This document shows positions 1 through 9,579 of a stretch of DNA of 60,542 nt, one piece after another (positions within the stretch are counted from its first letter, which is position 1; every line of letters begins with the position of its first letter). Made by a program: the position numbers and the translations under genes. Under the pieces are notes generated by a model that was not told the origin of the DNA, did no database searches, and worked only from the letters and a program-made list of their open reading frames with translations. The DNA lies in the IMG/VR virus record IMGVR_UViG_3300027721_000017. The stretch is one strand, 5' to 3'. The DNA is from a virus.

Positions 1-1304
1 TGCTGGTACATCATCGCGCCTTGCATGCCCGCCGTGTCCATGATGCCGCGGACGCTCGTACCCGCCATCTTGGAGTACATCCGGGCTTCCATCGCCATGT
101 CCATGGTCTCGCCAATAGACAGACCCATCTGTCGTGCCTTGCCCATTGACTTCAGGGCTTCGACGACGTTGGGTTCGTTGGCGATCTTCATGAAGCTGAC
201 TAGGGACTTTGCGATGGTTTTCACGCGGTCGTGGATTTGATCAACCGACTGCGTGTCGTTCAACATCCCCTGCTGCCCCGCCACATTTGTGATTCGGGTG
301 AGGTCCTGGGCGGAGAATGCCCCCTGCGTGTCGCGCTTGAACTGCGTGCTGAACGCAGTGTCCTCCAATTTCCTTCCGAGGTGGGTGGCGCCTTGAATGC
401 TCAGGCCGCGGCCTGTGGTCATGTTGAGATCGGGACCACCCCCAACCCAGGTTTGTGACGCTCCCAGCATTTGCTGGCCTCGGATGGCCATCGTGCGGAA
501 GGGGTTCAGATTGTCCGTGATGTGCTGAGCTGTGGCCCCGAGGCCCAGGTGTTCGGACCCCATGGCTCCCGCGAGCGCGCCGATGCCGCCGCCGATGAGA
601 GCGCCTGTCGGACCGAAGCGAGCTCCGAGGGAGGCTCCGATCCCCGCGCCCATGGCGCCAAAGCCGATGTCAGCCGCTCCTCGCGCTACGACTCCCGGTG
701 TCGCAAACAGCGCCCCTGTGCGCCGCTGCCCTGCCTGGATCGCCATGTTGTTCGAGAGCTCCATCGGAGTCTGGAACTGTGGTGGCGGAGGCATCGGGGT
801 GAAGGGCGTTTGAAACAACGGCATCTGCGGAAACGGTGAAACCGTCGGTGCCTGCGGTGGCTGGAAGGGTCGGTAGATCCCCATTCCTGGCGTCGTCATC
901 ATCGCCGGGTTGGGCATCATCCCCGTGTTGAAGCCTCCGCCGAAGCCTCCCATCATCCCCATCATCTGCGCGGAGTAGGGGCTGAGTTGCTGAGACTGAA
1001 TCCCGGCCATGTTCTGCTGGTACTGTTGGGAGAACGCGCCTATAGCGCCCATCCCTATCCCGCCTCCTCCGCCCCCGCCGAAAGCCATTCCGCCCATGCC
1101 GCCCAGCCGCATCGCGGAGGTCGTTTGGAGGGTGGTCGCCATCTGCGTCTGGGTCTGGCGGACGATGTCCTGGGAGATGTCGCCAGGGTGCCGCACCATG
1201 GGTGGCGCCGGCGGAGCCGGTGTTGCGATCCCGAGGGGGTTGAAGCTTCCACCTTGCCCGACGAGTCCCAACTGCGCCTGCATCGAGTTGAACTCGTCCG
1301 CCAT
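1..1304 (-). CDS. Hypothetical Gly/Met/Pro-rich protein, N-terminal ~434 codons only; the gene runs off the window at position 1
   Basis: By-eye translation of the minus strand from ATG (complement of 1302-1304) gives an uninterrupted frame to position 1 (MADEFNSMQAQLGL...GGFGGGFNTGMMPNP...). The stop of the upstream gene (1308-1310) lies 3 nt from this ATG. It is missing from the ORF track, presumably because it is truncated by the window edge. Confidence 0.45.
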   Translation of the reverse strand, partial: MADEFNSMQAQLGLVGQGGSFNPLGIATPAPPAPPMVRHPGDISQDIVRQTQTQMATTLQTTSAMRLGGMGGMAFGGGGGGGIGMGAIGAFSQQYQQNMAGIQSQQLSPYSAQMMGMMGGFGGGFNTGMMPNPAMMTTPGMGIYRPFQPPQAPTVSPFPQMPLFQTPFTPMPPPPQFQTPMELSNNMAIQAGQRRTGALFATPGVVARGAADIGFGAMGAGIGASLGARFGPTGALIGGGIGALAGAMGSEHLGLGATAQHITDNLNPFRTMAIRGQQMLGASQTWVGGGPDLNMTTGRGLSIQGATHLGRKLEDTAFSTQFKRDTQGAFSAQDLTRITNVAGQQGMLNDTQSVDQIHDRVKTIAKSLVSFMKIANEPNVVEALKSMGKARQMGLSIGETMDMAMEARMYSKMAGTSVRGIMDTAGMQGAMMYQ

Positions 1305-1307
1305 GGA

Positions 1308-1874
1308 TCACCGTCTCCTCGCACCCGCCTTTTTCTTCGGTGGGGCCGTATCCTCTGGAGTGTTCAACCCCTCCAGTCTCTTCAATAGGGCGTCGTCATC
1401 CAACTGCTTTTTGACCTTTTTGCTCACTACTTGATTTCTTCGCAGGCGTTGACGGGCGGTGTAGTCTGGGGTGTAGTATTCTTGGGTAAGGACGTTCTTG
1501 TAGGCACTTAGCATAGCCTCAAGAGTGTCGCTACGCATACCCAGTCCCCCGCTCAGGATTCTCGCAAAAAGCTCCACCGTCGTGAAGCGCTCTTCGCGTT
1601 CTCGACGGTAGACTTCCTGGAGAAGGACGTCTTGGGCGGAGCCCCGCGGCGGTAACGCCACCCCCCTGGCGTAGGCATGGGCGCGGGCGTTGTTCCGCGG
1701 GGCTACTAGAAATTTTCGGCAGCTCCCTCGTCGAAGACCGTCATGACTTTGGTGTCGAACCTCGATAGCTCCCTTGAAAGAACCGTGAATAGGGGCCCGG
1801 GAAGCCTTTTCACGATTTTCATGATGGCATCGAAGTCCTCGTCTGTTTCGTGCTTGAGAGGCTTTCCGTCCCAT
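1308..1874 (-). CDS. Hypothetical protein, basic C-terminus; the true start is probably internal (ATG ~1538 or GTG ~1577), because the listed N-terminus overlaps the upstream gene by 168 nt
   Basis: Track ORF. RBS-like GGGGGA sits before the internal ATG. Co-directional with neighbours. Confidence 0.4.
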   Translation of the reverse strand: MGRKASQARNRRGLRCHHENREKASRAPIHGSFKGAIEVRHQSHDGLRRGSCRKFLVAPRNNARAHAYARGVALPPRGSAQDVLLQEVYRREREERFTTVELFARILSGGLGMRSDTLEAMLSAYKNVLTQEYYTPDYTARQRLRRNQVVSKKVKKQLDDDALLKRLEGLNTPEDTAPPKKKAGARRR

Positions 1875-2287
1875 TCATAGAGAGACGCTGCCAGGTTGTA
1901 GCGCGTAATGAGCTCGTCTTGGCTGATCGCCAGCTGCGGCTTCTGCATTTCGAGGATTGTCTGCAGGCGGAGGTGGTCTTCGTACATTCGCGTGCGGAAC
2001 ACAGCGCGATGACTTCCTCGAAGGCGGACGTACTCTTCGTAGTAACCCTTGGAGAGCACGCTGTCGTAGATGGCTTCGGCGCTTTTGAGGTCGATCTCTT
2101 GGGCTTTCAGGCGCTCCCGGTACTTCTCAGCGGGGGTGAGGAAGTCCGCGTTCTTGAGCGGAGGTGGAGTGGTTGCGGCCACTGGCTCCTCGGCGGCGAC
2201 CTCCTTTTCCTCTACAGGCTCCGACGGCGGGGGCCTCGGCTTGTTCTGCTCAGGACTGCGAAAATCACCGATGGTGGGTCGTGCCAT
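1706..2287 (-). CDS. Hypothetical protein (193 aa)
   Basis: Track ORF with no competing frame. Diverges from the helicase gene across a 110-bp promoter region. Confidence 0.5.
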   Translation of the reverse strand: MARPTIGDFRSPEQNKPRPPPSEPVEEKEVAAEEPVAATTPPPLKNADFLTPAEKYRERLKAQEIDLKSAEAIYDSVLSKGYYEEYVRLRGSHRAVFRTRMYEDHLRLQTILEMQKPQLAISQDELITRYNLAASLYEWDGKPLKHETDEDFDAIMKIVKRLPGPLFTVLSRELSRFDTKVMTVFDEGAAENF

Positions 2288-2396
2288 GCCAGCTCCTTAA
2301 AGATCGTCAGCTTCTTGGTACAAGGTGGGAACAACCAAGGTGTTGCCCGGATAAACACGTGTGGTATACCGCGGACCTAGCGGAAAGGGAACAGCA

Positions 2397-4676
2397 ATGC
2401 GCTGCAACGGATGTGGCTTCAGTTCAACGGTGGAAGAGGCACCAGCCGACAGGCGCTGCAACGCCTGTGGGAATCGCTTCGCTTTCGAAACCGACGATTT
2501 TCTTTTGCGTCAACACGGTGCTCCTGGCCGAGATGTGCGACCGGGCCAGGTGCAGATGGGTCGTTTGGTCGAGAAGGTGATTCGTGAGCACGCCGTGGCC
2601 TTTGTAGAGGCTCCTGTCGGCTCTGGCAAGTCGGATGCGTACGGCGTCCCCGCCTTGCTCACGGTGGCGAAGGATTCGAAGTACAGCATTAAGGGGTTCA
2701 CGGGCACTTTACCGAGTAGAGTGGCCGAGCAGAAGACGTTCAAGCCGCGTATCGTCATCTCGACGGCTAAGAAGAATCTTCAGCATCAGATCGCGGAGAA
2801 GGACCTTCCGTACATTCGGACGCGACACGGGGACGGACTGATTCAGATTTCCGTCCTCAAAGGAAAGAGCAACTACGCCTGTCGTCTCAAGGCGGATACG
2901 ACGCTCGAGCCGAAGGACCTGCGAGAGTTCACCGAGTGGCTCGACAAGAACCCCTCGGAGGACTTGGGGAACTTCACCGGCAAGCGCCCTCCGTACATGT
3001 TCGACGTCACCGCGGAGGACTGCATCGGGAAGAGCTGCAAGTACGCTCGTGGAGGCCAGTGCGGCTACTGGAATGCACGGCAGACGGCGGCAACCGCCAG
3101 CATCATCGTCACGAACCACCACGTCGTTGCTTTCGACCTCCGCTTCGGCCCGTGCAAGGTCATCGGACCCTACACGACGTTGATCCTGGATGAAGCACAC
3201 CAGGCACCGGCGTCCTTCCGGGCGGCATTCTCGCAAGGAGTGTCGCAGAACGGTGTATCTCGCTTGGTCCGGCAAATGGACAAGGCGGGGATCATGGGAG
3301 GTTTAGACACCGCTCTCAAGAATGCCTGGAAGGAGATGTTCGATCCTCTTCACAGCACAGAGGGTGAGATTCCGAAGGATCCCTTTGGCTCTCCAGGCAC
3401 GGAGACCTTCGAAGTCATGAAGGAGCTCTCTGTTGCGACCCAGAAAGAAGCAGAGGAGCTTGGCTGGTCCAGCAAGCCTGATTGGGACATCGAAGACATC
3501 GCATCCCTGAGTGATCGGGACCGCATCATGGCGATTCTCGCGCTCAAGAAGAACACTGAGCGAACGATGTCGACGCTTTCTTTGGCTACGGACCCGGGAG
3601 ACAACCACGTCATCTACATGACCAAGTCGGAGAAGGGGCACAAGAAGGTCACCATCGCTCCTATCTCCGTCGGCAAGTTGGTGGGCCCCAAGCTGCAGAT
3701 GATCCCGTCGGTTATCGTCACCAGTGCGACGATGGCTATCAACGGGACTTTCGATGACGCGAAGTTCCAGTTGGGGCTGAACTGGGCGAGCTACAACGAT
3801 GAGGATGGAGCCCCCAAGGCTCCGAAGGTCATCCACGAGCTCGTGCTGGGTACGCCGTTCAACTACGACAAGCAGGCGATTCTCTACACGCCGAGGCATA
3901 TCCCCCTCCCCGTGGGGGCGACGTCACCGGACCGAGAGAGGTACGTCTCGGCGTTGGCGAATGAGTGCTCGAGGCTCATCCAGGCTTCGAACGGGAATGC
4001 GTTCGTTCTCTTTACCGCCAAGCAAGACCTGTTGGACGTCCACGCAGCGCTGGAGGAGGAAGGTCTCCCTCAGCCGCTCATCATCCAAGAAGATGACGCC
4101 GCCGCAACTCTCCGCCTCTTCATGTCTACGCCCAACAGCGTTCTCATGGGGGTGAAGTCGTTCTGGGAAGGCGTCGACGTGCAGGGGCAGAAGTTGCAGC
4201 TGGTCATCATCACCAAGCTGCCGTTCCCTGCACTCACGGACCCTGTGATGCAAGCACGGTCGAGACAGCTCATCGCAGAGCAGGTGGCGCAAGGCGTAGC
4301 TCCGACTACCGCGCAGAGCGCTGTGTTCTCCAAGCTCCAGATTCCTCACATGCTCACGGAGCTTCGCCAAGGAGCCGGTCGGCTGATCAGAGCGAGAACT
4401 GACAAGGGCGTGCTGGCCATCTTGGACCCGCGGATGTTCACGGGCAACTCGAAGGACCGCCCGACGCCGACACAGACGTCCTATCGTGGGTACGGGAAAC
4501 TGGCCGCTGATGCGACTGGATTCCGGAACCACGTGTTCGACTTCGAAGTAGTCCAGCGCGTGTTGGCGCAGTGGAATGAACGAGAGGTGATCCGTCGTGC
4601 AACCGCGTCGAAGAGTGGTGAAGTACCCGGAACATCAACGAAGGCTGTTGGAGTATCTCAAGGTGATGCGGGCTGA
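2397..4676 (+). CDS. DinG/XPD(Rad3)-family ATP-dependent DNA helicase with an N-terminal C4 zinc finger
   Basis: Zinc finger CNGCG...CNACGN. Walker A: APVGSGKS. DEAH box: ILDEAHQAP. Motif VI: QGAGRLIRARTDKGVLAILDPR. RBS AAAGGGA lies before ATG 2397; the track start at 2361 is probably too far upstream. Confidence 0.85.
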   Translation: MRCNGCGFSSTVEEAPADRRCNACGNRFAFETDDFLLRQHGAPGRDVRPGQVQMGRLVEKVIREHAVAFVEAPVGSGKSDAYGVPALLTVAKDSKYSIKGFTGTLPSRVAEQKTFKPRIVISTAKKNLQHQIAEKDLPYIRTRHGDGLIQISVLKGKSNYACRLKADTTLEPKDLREFTEWLDKNPSEDLGNFTGKRPPYMFDVTAEDCIGKSCKYARGGQCGYWNARQTAATASIIVTNHHVVAFDLRFGPCKVIGPYTTLILDEAHQAPASFRAAFSQGVSQNGVSRLVRQMDKAGIMGGLDTALKNAWKEMFDPLHSTEGEIPKDPFGSPGTETFEVMKELSVATQKEAEELGWSSKPDWDIEDIASLSDRDRIMAILALKKNTERTMSTLSLATDPGDNHVIYMTKSEKGHKKVTIAPISVGKLVGPKLQMIPSVIVTSATMAINGTFDDAKFQLGLNWASYNDEDGAPKAPKVIHELVLGTPFNYDKQAILYTPRHIPLPVGATSPDRERYVSALANECSRLIQASNGNAFVLFTAKQDLLDVHAALEEEGLPQPLIIQEDDAAATLRLFMSTPNSVLMGVKSFWEGVDVQGQKLQLVIITKLPFPALTDPVMQARSRQLIAEQVAQGVAPTTAQSAVFSKLQIPHMLTELRQGAGRLIRARTDKGVLAILDPRMFTGNSKDRPTPTQTSYRGYGKLAADATGFRNHVFDFEVVQRVLAQWNEREVIRRATASKSGEVPGTSTKAVGVSQGDAG

Positions 4677-4839
4677 GCACAGCAAGACACAGGATGACGT
4701 TGCGAAGGGCCTGAACCTCTCGAGGAGTCAGTACACCGCCCTCGAGGGGGGAAGGTCCCTTCTCAACGTCGACCATCTCTGTAGCCTGGCTGCGTTCTAC
4801 CAGCAAAGCGTTTCGGAGTTTCTGGACGGAGTGCTGTGA
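4597..4839 (+). CDS. XRE-family helix-turn-helix transcriptional regulator
   Basis: HTH signature QDDVAKGLNLSRSQYTALEGG. GTG start preceded by GAGAGGTGA. Overlaps the helicase 3' end in another frame. Confidence 0.55.
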   Translation: MQPRRRVVKYPEHQRRLLEYLKVMRAEHSKTQDDVAKGLNLSRSQYTALEGGRSLLNVDHLCSLAAFYQQSVSEFLDGVL

Positions 4840-4997
4840 TGCCTCGCCCCGCAGGGACCCGCGTTGTCATCTGTTCTTGCGGCCGACGCTGTGTCGGATC
4901 GCCAGGACAGCGGGTCACCTGTGCGGGGTGTGGGAAGAGAATCTCGATGCCGAAACGGAGGCCCAGTGCACAACGACCGATTCCTGGTAGCCGCTAA
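4839..4997 (+). CDS. Small zinc-ribbon protein (52 aa; CSCGRRC...CAGCGKR)
   Basis: ATG overlaps the TGA of the upstream gene (tgATGcc). Four-Cys pattern. This is an alternative to the longer track ORF 4864-5430, which looks less gene-like. Confidence 0.3.
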   Translation: MPRPAGTRVVICSCGRRCVGSPGQRVTCAGCGKRISMPKRRPSAQRPIPGSR

Positions 4998-5438
4998 TCT
5001 CGTGCGGGGTAAGAAGCTGGTCGCTGCGGCGGTAGTCTACGCCAGCGGGGTCGAGGAGCCTTCGTTTTCGTATACGATCAAAGGGCGTAGTCGCACTTCA
5101 TTTCTTTATCGTCGTGGAGACAAAGTCCCTCCGTCTCTGGACGCGTCGCTGAACGAGCACATTCGCAGCACCGCCGTAAGCTGGTCCGTAGTGACCGCGC
5201 ACCCTGATTGCGCCCCCGCAGCGGCCTTGGAGTTGGCGATCATTCGCGCTGTGGAGCGTTGGGTTTGTCGTCAACCGTCGCTCCCTAGTCTCGACGAGAT
5301 GTCGGTTCTCTTGCCAGTCAAGAAACCCCTCGCGGAACTTCCTTCTGCTTTGAAGCAGCATACGAACACGCGGGACTGGCATACCGCCGCCGCTCGAGCC
5401 CTTTGCCGCTACCGCATCGCGCAAGAATAGGAGATCAC

Positions 5439-5669
5439 ATGTCCAAGACTACGTACCCACGCTGTAACGGAGATACATGTGTCCGCTGTCGTCGTAAGTT
5501 TGAGCGCGGTGATCGCGTTCAAGTAGTGAACATCATCGAGAAGGTCGGTACGAACCCGAGCAACCCGCGTGAAGTAGGGTCGTGGTTCTCCGGGGAATTC
5601 GAAGTGCAACACTCTAACTGCGCCGATCCAGGTCTTGACGGCACCATCATCTTGGGGAATTCTGCATGA
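5439..5669 (+). CDS. Small Cys-rich protein (CNGDTCVRCRRKF)
   Basis: AGGAG RBS 4 nt before ATG 5439. Internal start within the track ORF. Confidence 0.5.
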   Translation: MSKTTYPRCNGDTCVRCRRKFERGDRVQVVNIIEKVGTNPSNPREVGSWFSGEFEVQHSNCADPGLDGTIILGNSA

Positions 5670-6151
5670 AGAAGAGAGCGGGTATTTTTGATCCCTGGCG
5701 TCAAACGGAGCAGCCGCCCGTCGATGAGACTCCGGCGAGAAAAACACCTAGAGAAGTCCCCCTGGATAGGATAGAGGCGCCCCCGGAACACTGTATTCAG
5801 TTCAACGGTATTCGCGCGGGTGTGTTCGTGTGGCTAGATGATACCGGAGGGGATGACAGTCCAAAGGCTCGGCAGATTCTCGTCGATCTTGTTCATCGCA
5901 TCTCGATGCACGACAACATCAGCAAGGTTCTTCACGGTTGGGGCGTGTACGCTGGCGTGCACAAGGCTCCTGATGTTGTTCAGCTCGGCGACGGGGAGAA
6001 GAAGATGACCATCGTCGTGCCTGTGAAAGATGAACGTCTGGTCCCCCGAGCCATCGACACATTGTCCTTGGCTCTTCGAGAAGTTTCGCAGCAGTTTCCC
6101 GATGTCCGCGATATGTTGGTCGCCCTCAAAGTCCGTCCCTACGTCAAATAG
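5666..6151 (+). CDS. Hypothetical protein (161 aa)
   Basis: ATGA overlap with the upstream gene. Operon-like packing. Confidence 0.55.
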   Translation: MKKRAGIFDPWRQTEQPPVDETPARKTPREVPLDRIEAPPEHCIQFNGIRAGVFVWLDDTGGDDSPKARQILVDLVHRISMHDNISKVLHGWGVYAGVHKAPDVVQLGDGEKKMTIVVPVKDERLVPRAIDTLSLALREVSQQFPDVRDMLVALKVRPYVK

Positions 6152-6159
6152 GAGAAGTC

Positions 6160-6399
6160 ATGAACAAGCTGAAGTGCAAAGACTGCCGTCACTTCGACCC
6201 CATCCGCAGCGGTCAGTCGAAGAACCCGAAGCACGGCTGGTGCGTCGTGAAGTCGATCTATCCCTTCCGGGAGGAAGCGGGCGGTCCCGTGTTTCCGCCA
6301 GGGGTGCGCCGCGTGGAGTCCCCGGAGCTCCCGGCCAAGCCTGAAATCGTGGAGGGAAACGTCGTCATCTCCAGCTGCGCGAAGGTTTCTGCCAAATGA
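6160..6399 (+). CDS. Small CxxC/H...C protein (79 aa)
   Basis: CKDCRHFD...HGWC. Track ORF. Confidence 0.5.
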   Translation: MNKLKCKDCRHFDPIRSGQSKNPKHGWCVVKSIYPFREEAGGPVFPPGVRRVESPELPAKPEIVEGNVVISSCAKVSAK

Positions 6400-6749
6400 C
6401 TCAGACCCGAAAGACGAAGGTGCCCGACGGCAAGGGTGGCTGGGCGGAGCTCGAGGGAGAGCTTCTTCCGGGGTCCGCCGCGGATATGAAGAAGCAGGAG
6501 GCTGTTCTTCAAAAACAGTTCATTGAAGACGCGGCTGCTATCACGGAGCGTCTCGTCCAGTTCGACCGAGCTCTGCTCGTGGAGCGCGGGTTGACGAAGG
6601 AGCATCGAGCCTTCGCCGCCGCGCTCTACTGCATCAATCTCCGTGAGTCGTACCCCGGGGCTACTGGGAAACCAGACCCCGAGGCGTTTGACGCCCTCGC
6701 CAAGATGGCCGCGGACTACTACGACGCGAACGCACCTAAAAAGGGCTGA
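6396..6749 (+). CDS. Hypothetical protein (117 aa)
   Basis: ATGA overlap. Track ORF. Confidence 0.55.
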   Translation: MTQTRKTKVPDGKGGWAELEGELLPGSAADMKKQEAVLQKQFIEDAAAITERLVQFDRALLVERGLTKEHRAFAAALYCINLRESYPGATGKPDPEAFDALAKMAADYYDANAPKKG

Positions 6750-6751
6750 TC

Positions 6752-7090
6752 ATGGCCAGCGTACCTTACGCAGAGAAGGCGTTCCTTCAGCTCATGGCTC
6801 GTCGTCTGCTTCGGTACACCAGAGAGGCAGAAGCTCGAGGGGAAACGTACAATGACCTCTCGGGCTTCTCCCCTCTTCAGTGTGGTGTTCGCGCCAAGTA
6901 CCGCTTTGAGAGCGCTCCTGGCGGGTACGTCCCGGTTCTCCTTCTCAAGGCTCACCTCTTGTATTCTCCCGGTGAGTTGAAAGAGATCGCAGCAGAGATT
7001 CTGGACGGGCCTGTAAAACTTCGTGCGTCGAAGGACGATGACCTAGAATACGTCCGCGAAATGGACGCTGGTACATCGGTCCCTGGGTGA
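6752..7090 (+). CDS. Hypothetical protein (112 aa)
   Basis: Track ORF, tightly packed. Confidence 0.55.
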   Translation: MASVPYAEKAFLQLMARRLLRYTREAEARGETYNDLSGFSPLQCGVRAKYRFESAPGGYVPVLLLKAHLLYSPGELKEIAAEILDGPVKLRASKDDDLEYVREMDAGTSVPG

Positions 7091-7121
7091 GGTAGGTTGC
7101 CCAGCTCACGGAGGAACTGTC

Positions 7122-7802
7122 ATGAAAAACTTCATTCTCTGCTGTGCTCTTCTCTGTTCATCCGCTGCCCTCTCTGAGGGCGTCGTGGCTCCGGTCCAGA
7201 TCGATGCGGGAACCGTCGTTGTTGAGATGTCCGCTCTCGTGGTGACGGGGGTCGCGGAGCCTGTAGACGCAGGAGTTTCCGTCGTTCTCGACCCCACTTT
7301 CACGGACCCCTTCTTGTCGACCAAGGGATTCTACCACGCGGTCACCACGGGCAACGGCTGGCTGATCGCGATGTTCCTCTTGTTCTTCCTTGTGGGCGGT
7401 CTCCGGGTTGTTGGTAAGCGCGTCCACGCGATGATCCCCGATGATACCAAGCACCCTGTTCTGAAGCCTGTGGAGACGGCGCTGTTCTTTATCTTCGACA
7501 CGAAGATCGGCGGCTGGGTCATGAACTGGCTCTCTGCTATCGGCGGCTGTGTTGCCACCGCGGCGATGGCCGGGCACGCGGTCGACGGGGAGACGTGGAG
7601 GGTGGCCATCATGGCGTCGACCGGTGGTACGGCGCTCATCGAGCTCAAGGATGACGTGATGGAGTGGTGGGACAAGAAAGCCGCCGCAGCCTTGGAAAAG
7701 AAGACAGCAGAAGAGGCCGCTAAGCTCGCAGTGGTAGCTCCAGCTACTGAGGTAGTTCCTCCGCCTCCCTCAATTCCCCCGGTTGAACCGCCGAAGGCGT
7801 AA
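7122..7802 (+). CDS. Putative secreted/membrane protein (N-terminal signal-like MKNFILCCALLCSSAALS, internal hydrophobic segments, Pro-rich C-terminus)
   Basis: Hydrophobicity pattern in the translation. Confidence 0.55.
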   Translation: MKNFILCCALLCSSAALSEGVVAPVQIDAGTVVVEMSALVVTGVAEPVDAGVSVVLDPTFTDPFLSTKGFYHAVTTGNGWLIAMFLLFFLVGGLRVVGKRVHAMIPDDTKHPVLKPVETALFFIFDTKIGGWVMNWLSAIGGCVATAAMAGHAVDGETWRVAIMASTGGTALIELKDDVMEWWDKKAAAALEKKTAEEAAKLAVVAPATEVVPPPPSIPPVEPPKA

Positions 7803-7804
7803 CC

Positions 7805-8251
7805 ATGCCCATGCCGACAGGCCCATTCAAGCCGAAGCTATTCATTGGTCTCGATGGGCCTGTTTTGGTCCCTTCAGCTAACCCGATTGACCGCGATGAG
7901 TACCTCGGCGCCGCGGTCGCGCCGTACGCCAAGTCCTTCCTGCATTGGGCGACACAACACTTCGACGTGCACTGGCTCTCTGATCGCGGGGCCGTCCCCG
8001 CAGCCTACGTATCAAATCTCCTGGCTCTCCCAGCGGACAAGGTCCGTATCTCGGGGTTCACGGACTCCAAGGTCGAAGCTCTCTCTCCTCACAAAAACTT
8101 CTACTGGGTCGACTCAGAACTGATTCCCCATGAAGTTTCCTGGTTGGCGCAACATGGTCACGTGGACCGCCTGATCTCGGTTGACCCCCGCGAGGGGGTG
8201 TCCACGGACGCTAAGAAAGCGCTTGAAGCGCGTGTAGCAAACCACCGGTAA
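7805..8251 (+). CDS. Hypothetical protein (148 aa)
   Basis: Track ORF. Start sits 3 nt after the upstream stop. Confidence 0.55.
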   Translation: MPMPTGPFKPKLFIGLDGPVLVPSANPIDRDEYLGAAVAPYAKSFLHWATQHFDVHWLSDRGAVPAAYVSNLLALPADKVRISGFTDSKVEALSPHKNFYWVDSELIPHEVSWLAQHGHVDRLISVDPREGVSTDAKKALEARVANHR

Positions 8252-8257
8252 ACAATC

Positions 8258-8554
8258 ATGTCAGATGAAGTGATCCTTTGCGCGGATTGTCGTTCAGAGT
8301 TCCCCTTTACCGAGAGCGAGGCAACGTTCTTCGCGTCCAAGGGGTTGACGAAGCCGCGGCGGTGCAAGCCCTGCCGCCAGAAGCGCCGCGACGCCAAGGC
8401 TACCGATATTGGTGCCGCTCCTGGTCCTACTCTCGCTGCTTCTCCCAAGGCCAGGACCCAGTGGGTTGGTGGTGGGGAGACTGAGGAGCCCCGCCGCAGC
8501 AAGGGCGGGCGTCGGGATCGCCGGCGTGACCGGCACGACGATCAAGGCTTCTAA
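8258..8554 (+). CDS. Zinc-ribbon protein with basic C-terminus (CADCRSEF...CKPCRQKRR)
   Basis: Cys pairs and Arg-rich tail in the translation. Confidence 0.55.
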   Translation: MSDEVILCADCRSEFPFTESEATFFASKGLTKPRRCKPCRQKRRDAKATDIGAAPGPTLAASPKARTQWVGGGETEEPRRSKGGRRDRRRDRHDDQGF

Positions 8555-8564
8555 AAGCCTGGGT

Positions 8565-8590
8565 CACTATGGGTACAAGACTCTGGCACC
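8565..8590 (+). promoter_or_regulatory. Promoter-like motif CACTATGGGTACAAGACTCTGGCACC
   Basis: As above. Lies about 95 nt before ATG 8673. Confidence 0.4.
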
Positions 8591-8672
8591 CGCAACGCCA
8601 GATTCTCGTCGGTGACTGTTTTCTTATCCCCAAAGGGCGTAAGAACGGTGGTCCCACTTCAGGAGGCCGTTC

Positions 8673-9005
8673 ATGATACAGCTACGACCGTTAACGCTTT
8701 GTGTCTTGATGATCGTACCCGCCTGCAGCCTCAGCGCGGCTAGCGCCACGGGGGTGTCGTGGACCTATGAGCGGAAGCTCGAGAGAGTCCAGGAAGAGCG
8801 ACAAACCTACACAGCCCTCGCGAACTCCGCGATGGGCATGAGTGAAAGAGCCTTCTCTTTCGCTCAGAAGTACCAGGAGACCCTGGGCATTTGCATGGCC
8901 AAGCTTTACGGCCGTGACACGCTGGAGCTTATGCAGGCTGCTTCTTATAAGAAAGGAGGAATCGGTGGACCTCTCGATGTGCGGAAACAAAGCCGACTTC
9001 CTTGA
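8673..9005 (+). CDS. Putative secreted/lipoprotein-like small protein
   Basis: N-terminal hydrophobic segment ending VPAC|S (lipobox-like). Confidence 0.45.
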   Translation: MIQLRPLTLCVLMIVPACSLSAASATGVSWTYERKLERVQEERQTYTALANSAMGMSERAFSFAQKYQETLGICMAKLYGRDTLELMQAASYKKGGIGGPLDVRKQSRLP

Positions 9006-9579
9006 CCGGTATCGGGGGAACGTCGCAATCAATGTGAAGTACCGCGGAGATCCAAAGCTTTCGAAGGAGACGTTGGCCCAGCTCTCGGCGCTCGATGGCG
9101 CCACCAGGGACACCGTCGTTCGTTTTGCTGAGGAAGCTCTTCGTGAGACCTGGTGGGCTACGATGCAGGAACGCTCACGGGAGCTTGGTCTTGGAGACCT
9201 CTGGAGCGATGGACGTTCTGGCGGGTGGCTCGTCTTCAAGATGACCATCAGTCAGCTTGAGGACAAGATCTACGAAGCAGAGCGCCACTGTCGGAACTGC
9301 GACGTCACATTTGAGCAGCACGTAGACGGCAAGTGCTTGTTCGACTCTTCTCCGTTCTCGTCTGACGCTCCGGAGCATTTGGCGCTGTGGGAAACGTTTC
9401 GAACCTTCTCCTCCGAAGTGAAGGATTCTCTCCAGTCCGTGGGGGACAACTTCGAGGAAGAAGTACTTTTTCAGCTGGAGAATCTGGATGACTACACAAC
9501 TGGACTTCCTCCCCTCGGAGGCTCCGAAGCCAATCCCGCAGCCTTTGAAGAAAACGCCGACGAAGAAGCTGGCCCCTGA
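8965..9579 (+). CDS. Hypothetical protein carrying the recurring C-x2-C...HVDGKCLFD module
   Basis: AAAGGAGG RBS at 8953-8960. Motif CRNCDVTFEQHVDGKCLFDSSPF. The track start at 8842 is probably too far upstream. Confidence 0.5.
   Translation: MDLSMCGNKADFLDRYRGNVAINVKYRGDPKLSKETLAQLSALDGATRDTVVRFAEEALRETWWATMQERSRELGLGDLWSDGRSGGWLVFKMTISQLEDKIYEAERHCRNCDVTFEQHVDGKCLFDSSPFSSDAPEHLALWETFRTFSSEVKDSLQSVGDNFEEEVLFQLENLDDYTTGLPPLGGSEANPAAFEENADEEAGP

Noticed and set aside
471-1434. Plus-strand ORFs 471-839, 532-813, 987-1388 and 1009-1434 (Pro/Arg-rich translations)
   Set aside because: They lie antisense to an uninterrupted >1.3-kb minus-strand frame that continues the co-directional gene block. 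High GC content produces long shadow ORFs like these.
4864-5430. 188-aa plus-strand ORF after the HTH gene
   Set aside because: The translation is Arg/Ser-rich. A shorter, better-placed ATGA-coupled zinc-ribbon ORF (4839-4997) exists in another frame. It is kept only as an alternative. The region 5000-5438 remains unassigned.
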